Positions 47,103-56,411 of a stretch of DNA of 64,000 nucleotides are shown piece by piece. This stretch comes from a virus. Taxonomy: Duplodnaviria; Caudoviricetes. Under the pieces are notes generated by a model. The model was not told where the DNA came from. It saw only the letters and a list, made by a program, of their open reading frames with translations, and searched no databases. The stretch lies in the IMG/VR virus record IMGVR_UViG_2595698952_000001, positions 128,001 to 192,000 of that record; one strand, 5' to 3'. The position numbers and the translations under genes are program-made. Positions within the stretch are counted from its first letter, which is position 1, and each line of letters opens with the position of its first letter.

Positions 47103-47481
47103 CTTCCCGCACACATATGCGGAGATGTTAGCGATTGTCAGAAAGTTTGCTTATAAGAGCTATCTGGATGTGGCGGATACTGTTGATTACTATCTCGAGC
47201 AACTTATCCGGTTGGAAGTGCTACGGCGTAAGCATAACGTAGCCTACCCGATACTCCGTGATATCTTCGGCGAGATTGTGAGAAAGCACCCGTTGATGGA
47301 TAGCGATGAGCACTACTTCAACTGTCGCGCCATTGAGATTTATTTACAGAACTCCACTCGTCTATGGGACTTGGTGGAAGAGGAGCTGACGATGCTCCCC
47401 AGTACCGACTTTCTGCTCTGGCATGTGGAATTCGGTATCTGGAAAATGTATACAGCAGGAGTTATCCATGTTGGAGAGTGA
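47083..47481 (+). CDS. hypothetical protein
   Basis: In operon; MTIYLDF N-terminus. Confidence 0.6.
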   Translation: MMTIYLDFPHTYAEMLAIVRKFAYKSYLDVADTVDYYLEQLIRLEVLRRKHNVAYPILRDIFGEIVRKHPLMDSDEHYFNCRAIEIYLQNSTRLWDLVEEELTMLPSTDFLLWHVEFGIWKMYTAGVIHVGE

Positions 47482-47977
47482 GTATTTCTTTATCCCGGAC
47501 TATCAGCTTATCTGTGGTCCGCTCTCGGAGTTTGACCCTAACTGCATTCTCCGTGAGGTAAACGATGACCTGAATAGCATCATCAATTTGGCGATGTCGT
47601 TTGTAGAGAAGGGCACCATCGGCGAACAAGTCGGGTTCAGTATGCCGAAGACCTTTGAGTTCGTAGCCCGTGAGATGAATGCACGCGGTTATGTTATTGA
47701 AGGTGACAGCATCATTGAATACGGCGTGGCAATACAGGAAGTAGGTAAGGCGTTCATGACAGCTGTGTCGAACAATCCCTATTGGTTCACACGGTACGGT
47801 ACTTGGGTAGGTGCCCGGTACGGCGCAAAGAGTCAAACGGGCGGGGTGGAATTCCTGTTACGTTACTCAATGCAGAAGTTCCCTCAGTACGAGCAACCAG
47901 GGATGGCTGAGAAAGTGACACCAACATTACTGGCGGTAATCGAAATGCTGTTTGGTAATTTGGGAGGGAAGTTATGA
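47468..47977 (+). CDS. hypothetical protein
   Basis: AGGAG RBS + ATG 47468. Confidence 0.65.
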   Translation: MLESEYFFIPDYQLICGPLSEFDPNCILREVNDDLNSIINLAMSFVEKGTIGEQVGFSMPKTFEFVAREMNARGYVIEGDSIIEYGVAIQEVGKAFMTAVSNNPYWFTRYGTWVGARYGAKSQTGGVEFLLRYSMQKFPQYEQPGMAEKVTPTLLAVIEMLFGNLGGKL

Positions 47978-48558
47978 GAATCATGTTTGATGTACCGAAT
48001 GAAGTTAATCGGTACGGGGCCATGAAGTTCTTTGAGACCGTGCGGGATAATGTCCTGCACGCCATCGAAGCCGGGAACCTGGAGATTGCCGAAAGTAACA
48101 TTCGGCAGTTTTATCAGGACTATGCCTGGGCATACATCATTGCCACCAAGAACCGTAACCCTGCCATGCTGGATAAGTATCTGATGCAGGTGACCTGTGA
48201 CCCGATTGGGGACTGGACACCGATGACGGATGCATCTGGTGCGGAAATTCAGTTAGGGGCTTTAGCAAGCGATAAGCCGTTGCCAGACCACATGCTCATC
48301 ATTGACGACCAGTTCGCCAGCGGTGAAGATGAGACGTACACGTTTTTGTGTGCCGAAGACAGCAACACGCTATCACACTTTGCCGCACTTGAGGCAGTAA
48401 AGGAGCGCCTGACGCACGAGCTGACTACCCGAACCGGGTTAGCCGCTCTGATTGAATCGATGTTGCCGGGAGACTTCTCGTCGTACGTCGGGGAATCATT
48501 TGACGGTATGGTGGTAATTTGTCATGAAACTTTACTTGGACGTGGCGGAAATATTTGA
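47974..48558 (+). CDS. hypothetical protein
   Basis: GGAGG RBS, ATGA overlap. Confidence 0.65.
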   Translation: MRIMFDVPNEVNRYGAMKFFETVRDNVLHAIEAGNLEIAESNIRQFYQDYAWAYIIATKNRNPAMLDKYLMQVTCDPIGDWTPMTDASGAEIQLGALASDKPLPDHMLIIDDQFASGEDETYTFLCAEDSNTLSHFAALEAVKERLTHELTTRTGLAALIESMLPGDFSSYVGESFDGMVVICHETLLGRGGNI

Positions 48559-48955
48559 CTTCGAAGAACTGATGGCACGGGCGCACCTCGCGAATGAAAA
48601 CGAGGTGGAGCCCGCTATCGCTTATTTATTTCTGACGAAGTACGCGGAAGAAACCGTGCGGTCTATCGCAAAGCGGGCAGGGGAAGGCGAGAACTTTCTG
48701 ACATTCATCTCACCGGAACCACACCTTATTGTGACTCAGTTAGCCCAGATGTGGGGTCGCGAAAAGGTTGTCCCGCTATTGATGTCGCACATGTCGTGGA
48801 AAATCAACGAAGATGTTCAATTCACCCGTATCCTTAATACTGTGGAGCGATTGTGGAAAGAAGTTGGTCTTCCGCGAGACGAAGCGGCCAAACGCACGAA
48901 GGTTTCTCTCCTTATGAAAGAGATCGGTAGTGCAACCATTTGCGTAGAGTGTTAA
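48524..48955 (+). CDS. hypothetical protein
   Basis: In operon; MKLYLDV N-terminus. Confidence 0.6.
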   Translation: MKLYLDVAEIFDFEELMARAHLANENEVEPAIAYLFLTKYAEETVRSIAKRAGEGENFLTFISPEPHLIVTQLAQMWGREKVVPLLMSHMSWKINEDVQFTRILNTVERLWKEVGLPRDEAAKRTKVSLLMKEIGSATICVEC

Positions 48956-48964
48956 GGGGCGAAG

Positions 48965-49558
48965 ATGTTATATAGGGTGAGAGCTAACCACCTTATTTGC
49001 GTCGACTTAGGTGTGCTGGGTTATGTGAACGACGGGGAGTGGTTCTTGCAGATGGTGATTAACTACATCCGCACCATTCCCCGTTTACACATCGAGCTGG
49101 GGGAAAGTCCGAACGAGCAAAGTATCGTGACTGCGGTTGAATGGGCGTTGTTGTCGTACACCCGTGAGCTGCGTTTCCCCGGTACCCGTTCAGAGTTCCA
49201 TCAGCTGAACCAATACCTAAAGACGTTGAATGATGAATACCGTCGCTGGAAGTTCGACGAGTGTATGGAGTCGCAAGTGGGGTCAGTTGCTTTTGATGAC
49301 CTGCGTCCGCTCCTGACTATCGTGGAACAGTGTCGTATTCTGGGTGAATCGTCGTGGGACATCCTGCGGACATATGCCAATGACTTGATGCTTGAGGTTA
49401 TCCTTTCGGCAATCAAGGAACATTTCGCTGCACCGATGGACATGTTTATGACCGTCCACAAAGAGAAAGTCAAGGGCTTTGACCTGTACGTCCATTTTCC
49501 TACGGATGCCACGTCAGCGCTTGATTTGAAACTGTTGGTAGATATTCCGGAGGAGTGA
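48965..49558 (+). CDS. hypothetical protein
   Basis: In operon; 197 aa. Confidence 0.65.
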   Translation: MLYRVRANHLICVDLGVLGYVNDGEWFLQMVINYIRTIPRLHIELGESPNEQSIVTAVEWALLSYTRELRFPGTRSEFHQLNQYLKTLNDEYRRWKFDECMESQVGSVAFDDLRPLLTIVEQCRILGESSWDILRTYANDLMLEVILSAIKEHFAAPMDMFMTVHKEKVKGFDLYVHFPTDATSALDLKLLVDIPEE

Positions 49559-49968
49559 TGTTCAACGTTAAGTCGATTGAGCCAGGGAGTGTGGTAAACA
49601 TTGTTTACGATACCCCTTTAAAAGGTAACGAAACCCGTGTGCTGGTCTTGGCCTCCAACGTGGGATTCGAAATGGCCAAGTCGTATCTGGATGTGCGCGC
49701 TGAGCAGAAGAACATTTATTCTTCTCTGGTCGCGCAACCTGACGACGACCCAACCAAATACACCTACCTGTTGTTCAAAGGTGCTGATGGTAAACCGAAT
49801 GTAGCGGCGGATGCGTGGATTCGCAACGTGGCAATCATCGAGACCATCTCAGTACAGTTCAAAGTGACCCTGGATAACAAACAGGAAATCGATGACCTGA
49901 AACTGGCACTGGCAGCCCGCGGCTTCAATGATGTGCAGTTTGAAATCATTGAAAACGTAGCAGGTTAA
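49558..49968 (+). CDS. conserved hypothetical protein (SH3-like beta-rich; phiKZ gp49 position)
   Basis: GGAGG RBS; DDDPTKYTYL..AADAWI; directly upstream of DNA polymerase. Confidence 0.6.
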   Translation: MFNVKSIEPGSVVNIVYDTPLKGNETRVLVLASNVGFEMAKSYLDVRAEQKNIYSSLVAQPDDDPTKYTYLLFKGADGKPNVAADAWIRNVAIIETISVQFKVTLDNKQEIDDLKLALAARGFNDVQFEIIENVAG

Positions 49969-49974
49969 GATAGA

Positions 49975-50011
49975 CCCACTCTTCGGAGTGGGCTTTCTTT
50001 TTTTCTTTTTT
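49975..50011 (+). terminator. intrinsic terminator
   Basis: CCCACTC-TTCG-GAGTGGG + T-tract. Confidence 0.75.
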
Positions 50012-50059
50012 CACGTATCTGACCTGTCTTATAGCTGAGAATACACCAAGGGGCCAGAC

Positions 50060-52345
50060 GTGGAATACCAATCGCCATTTCGTCTTACTGAAGACGAATA
50101 CCACCGTGACATCGACATCATCGATGCGTACTACGAACAGTTGGCCTTATACATCCACACCGTGACTGCCGGTAAATACTCGCTGGAGTTTTGCCGTGAG
50201 CAAGTCGAAGACATGTTCAAACCAGGCGGGGAGTTAGTACAAGACTTCCCGGTCTGTAAGATGTGGGTGCGTAACCAAAAGACCGGTGACCGCGAAGAGA
50301 AGTACACCACGGTTGACCGTCTGTTCCGTACAGTAATTGATAAACAGATTATCTCGGCCCCGTCATTAACCTTTTACGTGCCCGAGCATGTCAAGCGTTC
50401 GAAGCTTGCGGAGTTTACCGCAGAGAACGTGCGTAAGCGTGCTGTGGTGAAAAAAGAAATGTACGTGGCCGCTGCTGCGGGTAACGAAGTCTTAAAGATT
50501 AACAAAAAGAACGAACAAAACGCCGTTAAGACTTTGAACAACGGGATGTCCGGAGCTTTCTCCTCACCGTATACCGTTATCTTTAACCAGTCGTCGCACT
50601 CCGTGTTGACGTCAACGTGCCGTACGGCGACCTCGTTTGGTAACGCCGGTAACGAACGTCTGTTGGGTGGTCGTCGTCACTACGACACACCGTCCCGCGT
50701 ACTCGACCATTTCCTGTCTATCGGTACCCTTACCGACTGGCAGGGATTCAAAGCGTGCATGGACAAATACAACCTGCACTATCCGTCGGTCGACGAAGTT
50801 ATGGAAGTGGTGGAGCACTCTTCGAAAGATTACTTCATCAACCCAGAAGGTCTGGCGTTTATTCGTCAGTACGCCACTAACACAACTGCACTTACGCGTG
50901 CGGCATTTGTGTACATGGGCGACTTCTATCACTTAGCGAAGTACAACGATCAATTCATGCGTGGATTTATTGGTGCACTGATTGCCGAAGAGATGGAAGA
51001 AGAAATCACCGATTGGGATGCCGCTGAGAAATCGATTGACGGGGACATGGAGATTATTATCTCTCAGTTCCGTACCGACATCGTGCCGCTCGGTAAGTCT
51101 TTCTCGGATGTGAAGCTGAAAGATGAAGACACCAATAAAGCTGAGCCATGGGAGAAGCAGGACAAATACAAAGAGCTGATTCGCTCTGCGGTGTATCTGC
51201 AAAAGACCATTGGCCACTACGCGTGTCTGATTCGTAATGTGCTGACCACCAAGAACCTGCCAATCAACATTGCCAGGATGCCTGACGTGGTGCGTAGCGT
51301 AGGTGTGGTATCGGACACCGACTCCACGATGATGACTGCGCAGTGGTGGGCACAGTGGTACACCGGACAACACTATGGTCGTGAGGCAACCCGTGTTTCC
51401 GATGCGATGATTTACCTGGCCACTCAACACTTGCGTCATTTGATGGCAAGTATGTCAGTAAACATCGGTGTAGCAAAAGAGCGTCTGTTCCTGTACGCAA
51501 TGAAGAACGAGTACAAGTTCGACTCCTTTGCCCTGACCACCAAAGCCAAGCATTACTTCTCCATTATTACCGGACAGGAAGGCCAGCTGAAGAAAGACCC
51601 AGAGCTAGAAGTGAAGGGGGTTTCTCTGCGCACGTCGAACATTCCACCGGTTATCATGAAAGAGTTCAAGCGTACCATCAAACAACTCTGTGAGATTGTT
51701 GCACGCGGCGACAAAATCGAAATCATTCCTCTGCTGGAGAAGGTCGCAGGGATCGAGCACACCGTGGCGAATTCTATCCGCAGCGGTAACGCCGGTTACT
51801 TGAAAACCACCAACATCAAGGAACGTACCGCGTATAACGAGAACGACGAGAAGAACTACCACTACCACCGTTTCTACAACGAAGTGTTCGGGCCGAAGTT
51901 TGGTCATATCGGTGAACCTCCGTACGACGGTGTGAAGTTGCCGGTTAGCTTGCAGACTAAAACTGCGGTTAAGGAGTGGTTAGAGTCCATTAAAGATCCG
52001 ATGATTAAAGCCTCTGCAACCCAGTGGTTTGAATCCACCAACTTCCGTACTTACCGTACGCTGATTCTGCCAGAACACCTGGTAGAGAACTACGGGATTC
52101 CACAGGAGCTGATTGACATCGCGGATATTCGCCGTACTGCGTTTGCCACGGTTGAACCGTACTACCACATCCTGGAATGTCTGGGTGTGTTTATGATGGA
52201 CAAGAACCGCACTCGACTGCTGTCAGATTACTACGGCGAATCGCTGGATGCGGAACTGGCCGAAGCCTTAGCCGAGGTCACGTATGTTCGTAACGATGAG
52301 CGTGAAGACGAGGATGAAGATGAAGAAGAAGGCGGTGAGGAATAA
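50060..52345 (+). CDS. family B-like DNA polymerase, polymerase-domain subunit (phiKZ gp50-like)
   Basis: QNAVKTLNNGMSG (motif B-like), SDTDST (motif C), KAKHY, EVKGV; acidic tail; no exonuclease motifs seen. Confidence 0.85.
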   Translation: MEYQSPFRLTEDEYHRDIDIIDAYYEQLALYIHTVTAGKYSLEFCREQVEDMFKPGGELVQDFPVCKMWVRNQKTGDREEKYTTVDRLFRTVIDKQIISAPSLTFYVPEHVKRSKLAEFTAENVRKRAVVKKEMYVAAAAGNEVLKINKKNEQNAVKTLNNGMSGAFSSPYTVIFNQSSHSVLTSTCRTATSFGNAGNERLLGGRRHYDTPSRVLDHFLSIGTLTDWQGFKACMDKYNLHYPSVDEVMEVVEHSSKDYFINPEGLAFIRQYATNTTALTRAAFVYMGDFYHLAKYNDQFMRGFIGALIAEEMEEEITDWDAAEKSIDGDMEIIISQFRTDIVPLGKSFSDVKLKDEDTNKAEPWEKQDKYKELIRSAVYLQKTIGHYACLIRNVLTTKNLPINIARMPDVVRSVGVVSDTDSTMMTAQWWAQWYTGQHYGREATRVSDAMIYLATQHLRHLMASMSVNIGVAKERLFLYAMKNEYKFDSFALTTKAKHYFSIITGQEGQLKKDPELEVKGVSLRTSNIPPVIMKEFKRTIKQLCEIVARGDKIEIIPLLEKVAGIEHTVANSIRSGNAGYLKTTNIKERTAYNENDEKNYHYHRFYNEVFGPKFGHIGEPPYDGVKLPVSLQTKTAVKEWLESIKDPMIKASATQWFESTNFRTYRTLILPEHLVENYGIPQELIDIADIRRTAFATVEPYYHILECLGVFMMDKNRTRLLSDYYGESLDAELAEALAEVTYVRNDEREDEDEDEEEGGEE

Positions 52346-52473
52346 TTTCTCGCACTTGTACCTAAGCCGTATGCCGCACCTGACCCGCAGAGTTGTTCTG
52401 TCACCGCCAGGTGGGTTGCAGCCGTCAATGGATACCGCGGGCTCACCGCGGTTCTACCACCGGGAGGAGAAAG

Positions 52474-52665
52474 ATGGCTTATCGTAATCCCTCCATCGCC
52501 AGCGCAGCCATCAGCGAAATCCGCAAAGAACTGGAAGAACGCGGCTGCACCGATATCGTTCTGCATCGCGGTGGTGAGTTTGTACACATCACCGCCAAGC
52601 ACCCGAAAAAGAATCGGGAGATAAATGTTTACGCCCAGCCGTACCTGGCACAGGAGAATAAATGA
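52474..52665 (+). CDS. small hypothetical protein
   Basis: GGAGG RBS + ATG 52474; 63 aa. Confidence 0.6.
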   Translation: MAYRNPSIASAAISEIRKELEERGCTDIVLHRGGEFVHITAKHPKKNREINVYAQPYLAQENK

Positions 52666-53123
52666 AAGAGGAAGAGAGTCGGTTCACGCCGATCCCGGAT
52701 TACCGGGTACCGCTGGGCCTGGTTATTGAACAGCGTGACGGTAAGGGTACCGCAGTTACTGTTACTTACCACCCTAACTCGCGCATCGGTCGTCAACTGT
52801 TAAAAGAAATGGAGTACCGCTATGTGGCGGTACTTGACCGTGATGAAACCGGCGTCCCGGAATACAGTGACTGCTACTTCATGAAAGAGCAGGCAATTGT
52901 TGAGATGTTGAATGCGCTGCCGTGGCTGCGTAATCAGTATCAGGTCATTGATGGTTGGGTTGGGCCAGAGGTGCACGGGCCGAATGCGATTGTCGATATG
53001 GACTTTATGGTTATCGACAAGCTCGAGCGTACGCATCTGCATCGCTACACCGATGAGAACGTTTCGAAGATTTGTAACGATCTCGGGGTGCAGTTCTACC
53101 AGAGCAAAAAAAGAAAGGAATAA
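52662..53123 (+). CDS. hypothetical protein
   Basis: AGGAG RBS, ATGA overlap. Confidence 0.65.
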   Translation: MKEEESRFTPIPDYRVPLGLVIEQRDGKGTAVTVTYHPNSRIGRQLLKEMEYRYVAVLDRDETGVPEYSDCYFMKEQAIVEMLNALPWLRNQYQVIDGWVGPEVHGPNAIVDMDFMVIDKLERTHLHRYTDENVSKICNDLGVQFYQSKKRKE

Positions 53124-53148
53124 CTCTACACCGAAGTGTAGAGTTATT
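53106..53148 (-). terminator. terminator (minus strand, possibly bidirectional)
   Basis: AATAACTCTACAC-CGAA-GTGTAGAGTTATT with an upstream A-tract. Confidence 0.7.
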
Positions 53149-53199
53149 TACCTATTATATGGGAGATTCGAAAGAATCTTTGGCAGGAGAGAGTAAGTC

Positions 53200-54261
53200 T
53201 CAATTTTCGAGAGCTGCGTACAACGGTTTTATCAGGTTCAGTTGCAGATACGTTTGCACTGACTTGGTTTGACGTTGTAACACTTTCGAATCCTCAAAGC
53301 GGGCGATGTCGATGTTCAAGTTCGATTTGAATTTGTCCATCGAAGGGTTGTCGTATTGCAGTACATACAACGCCCAGTACCAGTTAATGATGTTCTGGTG
53401 CCAACTGGCTTGTGTCGTCGAACCGGAATACCGGTGCTGCACACGGTCTACCGCTGTAGAGGGGTCGAGAGGGTTCTCAAAGAATTGGGGGACGTGGGCT
53501 AATACCGTACCGGGGTGCGGTGTGCCTGCGAGAAGACTTTTGTGTATGTTCCGCGCGTGCCTAACCGTGAGGTCGTGCAATGGCGGAACGTTAACAACGC
53601 GCATCGGCAGGTCATCTTCCATCTCTTTATTAAACGCTACTGCCCGATGGACATTCAGAAATGCGATGTCCATGTAGCTTGGCAACATGCGAGTAATCAC
53701 ATGACGCTGAGCATAAACCACGCTGGTCATCTGTTCCGTTGACTTTCGGTAATGCTGTTCCGCAAGAACGTATTGCCAAAGCAAGGCGACCAGGTTAATT
53801 TCAATGATTGCTACGCCCCGAGGTCGGTTATCGCCGAATTGCCAATTCAAATTGGTATACTCGTGGTAGAGATAGACTGCGGGGGTGTAATCGCGAAATG
53901 GCAGATCCGGATCAACCGGACGAGCGACGAGAGAGATTATCTCATCTTGTCCCTCTATAAAGGCACCGTTATACACTTGCCCAAAGTTGCCGGGCGAAAT
54001 GAGACGTAGTGCATTCCCTATATCGGACAGTTTGCGACGGCAGGCCCATTCGATATCAAGGTATTCAGGTTCAGCTGCATAGCCGATACTGGATAGGATT
54101 TTCAAGATGAGGTGACCGGATCCCACACGCGTCTGCACCGATTCGAGGAAGTTACGAATGCGCTGTTGATTATTTTTTACGGCAGCAACCAATTGTATAG
54201 CGGAAGGGTCCGCGACGTGACCCTTTATGGCCACTTGGTTTAACTCGGCTTGACTGAACAT
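53200..54261 (-). CDS. virion structural protein (phiKZ gp52 position)
   Basis: AAGGAG RBS + ATG 54261; TATG upstream; conserved inverted gene between DNA pol and chimallin. Confidence 0.6.
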   Translation of the reverse strand: MFSQAELNQVAIKGHVADPSAIQLVAAVKNNQQRIRNFLESVQTRVGSGHLILKILSSIGYAAEPEYLDIEWACRRKLSDIGNALRLISPGNFGQVYNGAFIEGQDEIISLVARPVDPDLPFRDYTPAVYLYHEYTNLNWQFGDNRPRGVAIIEINLVALLWQYVLAEQHYRKSTEQMTSVVYAQRHVITRMLPSYMDIAFLNVHRAVAFNKEMEDDLPMRVVNVPPLHDLTVRHARNIHKSLLAGTPHPGTVLAHVPQFFENPLDPSTAVDRVQHRYSGSTTQASWHQNIINWYWALYVLQYDNPSMDKFKSNLNIDIARFEDSKVLQRQTKSVQTYLQLNLIKPLYAALEN

Positions 54262-54301
54262 GACGGGCTCCTTTGGTTCCACATAGGAATTGGTCACAGT
54301 C

Positions 54302-54424
54302 AAAAAAATTACAGATTGATATTATCATAGTGAGAGTTCTGGTCTTCTGTCTGGTATATGTTATTGCAATAAGCGACGGCTTACCTGTATTCCATATATT
54401 CTCAGGCAGATATTATTACTGTGA
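54302..54424 (+). promoter_or_regulatory. two tandem putative early promoters for chimallin
   Basis: GATATTATC at 54318 and AGATATTATT at 54408, each followed by TG. Confidence 0.5.
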
Positions 54425-54467
54425 ACTTCACTACGATTGATATAAAACCACTTAAGGAATATTTACC

Positions 54468-56324
54468 ATGGTAAAAGTAGTAGACACCAACGCAAACAAC
54501 GCTTCTCAGAATGCTAACCTGAACACTGAAACTCAGGCACCTCTGGGCGGTAATGCATCTCAGCCTTCTGCTGCGGCAGCGGCTGCAAGCTCTCTCGGTA
54601 ACGTGGGTCTGTTCGACCGTGCGTTCGGCTGGCAGAGCACCAACTCTTACGCTTCCGCTTACGTTGCTCAACTCGAGGAACTGGCGAAAGAAAACTCCTA
54701 CCTGCGTGGCTTCAAATGGGGCATCGTTGACGGCGTCGGCGCGGACATGGGTTCTGCGGCTTACATCGCTGGCGATTACAACGGTCACTGGCTGTACGGT
54801 ATTCTGTTCTTCGAACGCGGTCAGTCTCTGCGTCTGAAAGAAACTACCGGTGGTGCTGAGTCTTACTACACCATCACTGAGCTGCTGGATACTGAGTTCC
54901 TGAAAACTGTATCCAAAACTATCCAGGCTACGCATCAGCTGCCTAACGCACACTTCATGGCGGTGAACTCCGTACCTGACCTCGGCAAGCAGCTGAGCAA
55001 AGAGTGGGCGCAGCAGTTGACTGGTCAGCTGGCGCTGGGTATCTTCGGTCGTATCCAGGGCTTCCTGGGCCAGATGCAGCTGAGCAAATCCGATCGCTTC
55101 ACCGCGCAGGTCTTCCAGCTGGACGATGGTTCTGTACTGGACGGCAACGGCCACGCACAACGTGCTGACTTCGGTGTGACCCTGGAACACGTTCCGGCAA
55201 CCAGCGATAACAGCACCCCGACTCTGATGGACAACAGTCAGGCGCAGATGTATCCGCGTGTTCACGGTGTTGGCTATGTCAACATGCGTTTCACCGGCCA
55301 GAAACCTGCGGTTAACGGCGTGCCAGATCTCAAGCAGCTTCAGGCGGAAATCGTCGTGTCGCTGATGGACTCTCAGGCCGAAGGTTCTCGCGTTCCGATG
55401 GAACGTCAGATTCTGGAACTGGCAGCGTTCGCAGAAATCGCCTCTATCGGCGGCTGGCGCGACCTGTTCATGAAAGGTCTGAACGGTACCGATCGTAAAT
55501 GGTCTCGTGTGGTTGAATACCTGAACTGGGGTACCGACCAGCGTCCGGACATCTCCAAAATCGACAAGAGCCGCGAAGCGATTGAAGGTTGCCTGGATAT
55601 GTTTGCACCGCGTGAAGCAGCGCTGGTTGTCAGCCATCGTGCCGGTAACGGTATCGGCGGTCTGTCTACCATCCTGTCTGAAATTGCCGGTAATTCCGAT
55701 ATCGCACTGAAACAGCTCCTCACCATTCTGAACGGCATGACCCCGCGTGCCAAGAAGTCTAACGACGAGCTGATCGGTACCACCGGTACTAAGAACTTCA
55801 CTCAGCGCTTTGCCGCCGCACTTGGCAAAGATACCATCACCTGTGCTGACGTCGTGAAAGCTGCCGTACCTACCGTATCCGGTGTGTACACTGGTAACAC
55901 CCAGAAACGTAGCTTCCAGGACATGGACCTGGTGTCTGTGCTGACTAAGTTCGGCGACAACCAAACTGATGTGTACACTTACCTGCACGCTCAGTCCTAC
56001 TCCCACCGTGAACTGAACGCCCGTGCTCAGCGTATCTACATGCTGAAACTGGCTGCGGTTCTGTTCGGTGCTAAAGATGCGCGCATCACCGGCGAATCTC
56101 TGGACATGGCTGTGAACCCGGTATTCGCGAAATGCGTACTGGACTTCGTGCGTGAGAACTGCAACTGGCAGCTGACTGGCGTATCTGCGCACAACAGCAT
56201 CGCTAACTCCCTGTTCTTCAACAACGGCGGTGAGAACTTCACCCTGTCTGGAACTGGTAGCAGCGCGCAGGGTTCTGACTTCTCTCTGGGTGTATCAATC
56301 GGTAGCCTTGACCTGGGCCTGTAA
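54468..56324 (+). CDS. chmA: chimallin, major phage nucleus shell protein
   Basis: 618 aa; low-complexity N- and C-terminal arms; strongly biased high-expression codons; DGNGHAQRADF motif; position between DNA pol and nvRNAP beta' matches phiKZ gp54. Confidence 0.8.
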   Translation: MVKVVDTNANNASQNANLNTETQAPLGGNASQPSAAAAAASSLGNVGLFDRAFGWQSTNSYASAYVAQLEELAKENSYLRGFKWGIVDGVGADMGSAAYIAGDYNGHWLYGILFFERGQSLRLKETTGGAESYYTITELLDTEFLKTVSKTIQATHQLPNAHFMAVNSVPDLGKQLSKEWAQQLTGQLALGIFGRIQGFLGQMQLSKSDRFTAQVFQLDDGSVLDGNGHAQRADFGVTLEHVPATSDNSTPTLMDNSQAQMYPRVHGVGYVNMRFTGQKPAVNGVPDLKQLQAEIVVSLMDSQAEGSRVPMERQILELAAFAEIASIGGWRDLFMKGLNGTDRKWSRVVEYLNWGTDQRPDISKIDKSREAIEGCLDMFAPREAALVVSHRAGNGIGGLSTILSEIAGNSDIALKQLLTILNGMTPRAKKSNDELIGTTGTKNFTQRFAAALGKDTITCADVVKAAVPTVSGVYTGNTQKRSFQDMDLVSVLTKFGDNQTDVYTYLHAQSYSHRELNARAQRIYMLKLAAVLFGAKDARITGESLDMAVNPVFAKCVLDFVRENCNWQLTGVSAHNSIANSLFFNNGGENFTLSGTGSSAQGSDFSLGVSIGSLDLGL

Positions 56325-56357
56325 GTCCCGGTTAAGTTGGTTGTAGTAAGTTAGGTA

Positions 56358-56398
56358 GGGACAGGGGCTAACGCCTCTGTCCCTTCTCTCTTTTTTTG
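56358..56398 (+). terminator. intrinsic terminator after chmA
   Basis: AGGGACAGGGG...CCTCTGTCCCT + T-tract. Confidence 0.75.
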
Positions 56399-56411
56399 TT
56401 GAGGTTGCAGA

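Noticed and set aside
54402-56192. 596-aa - strand ORF
   Set aside because: Antisense to chimallin; explained by the strong codon bias of the sense gene
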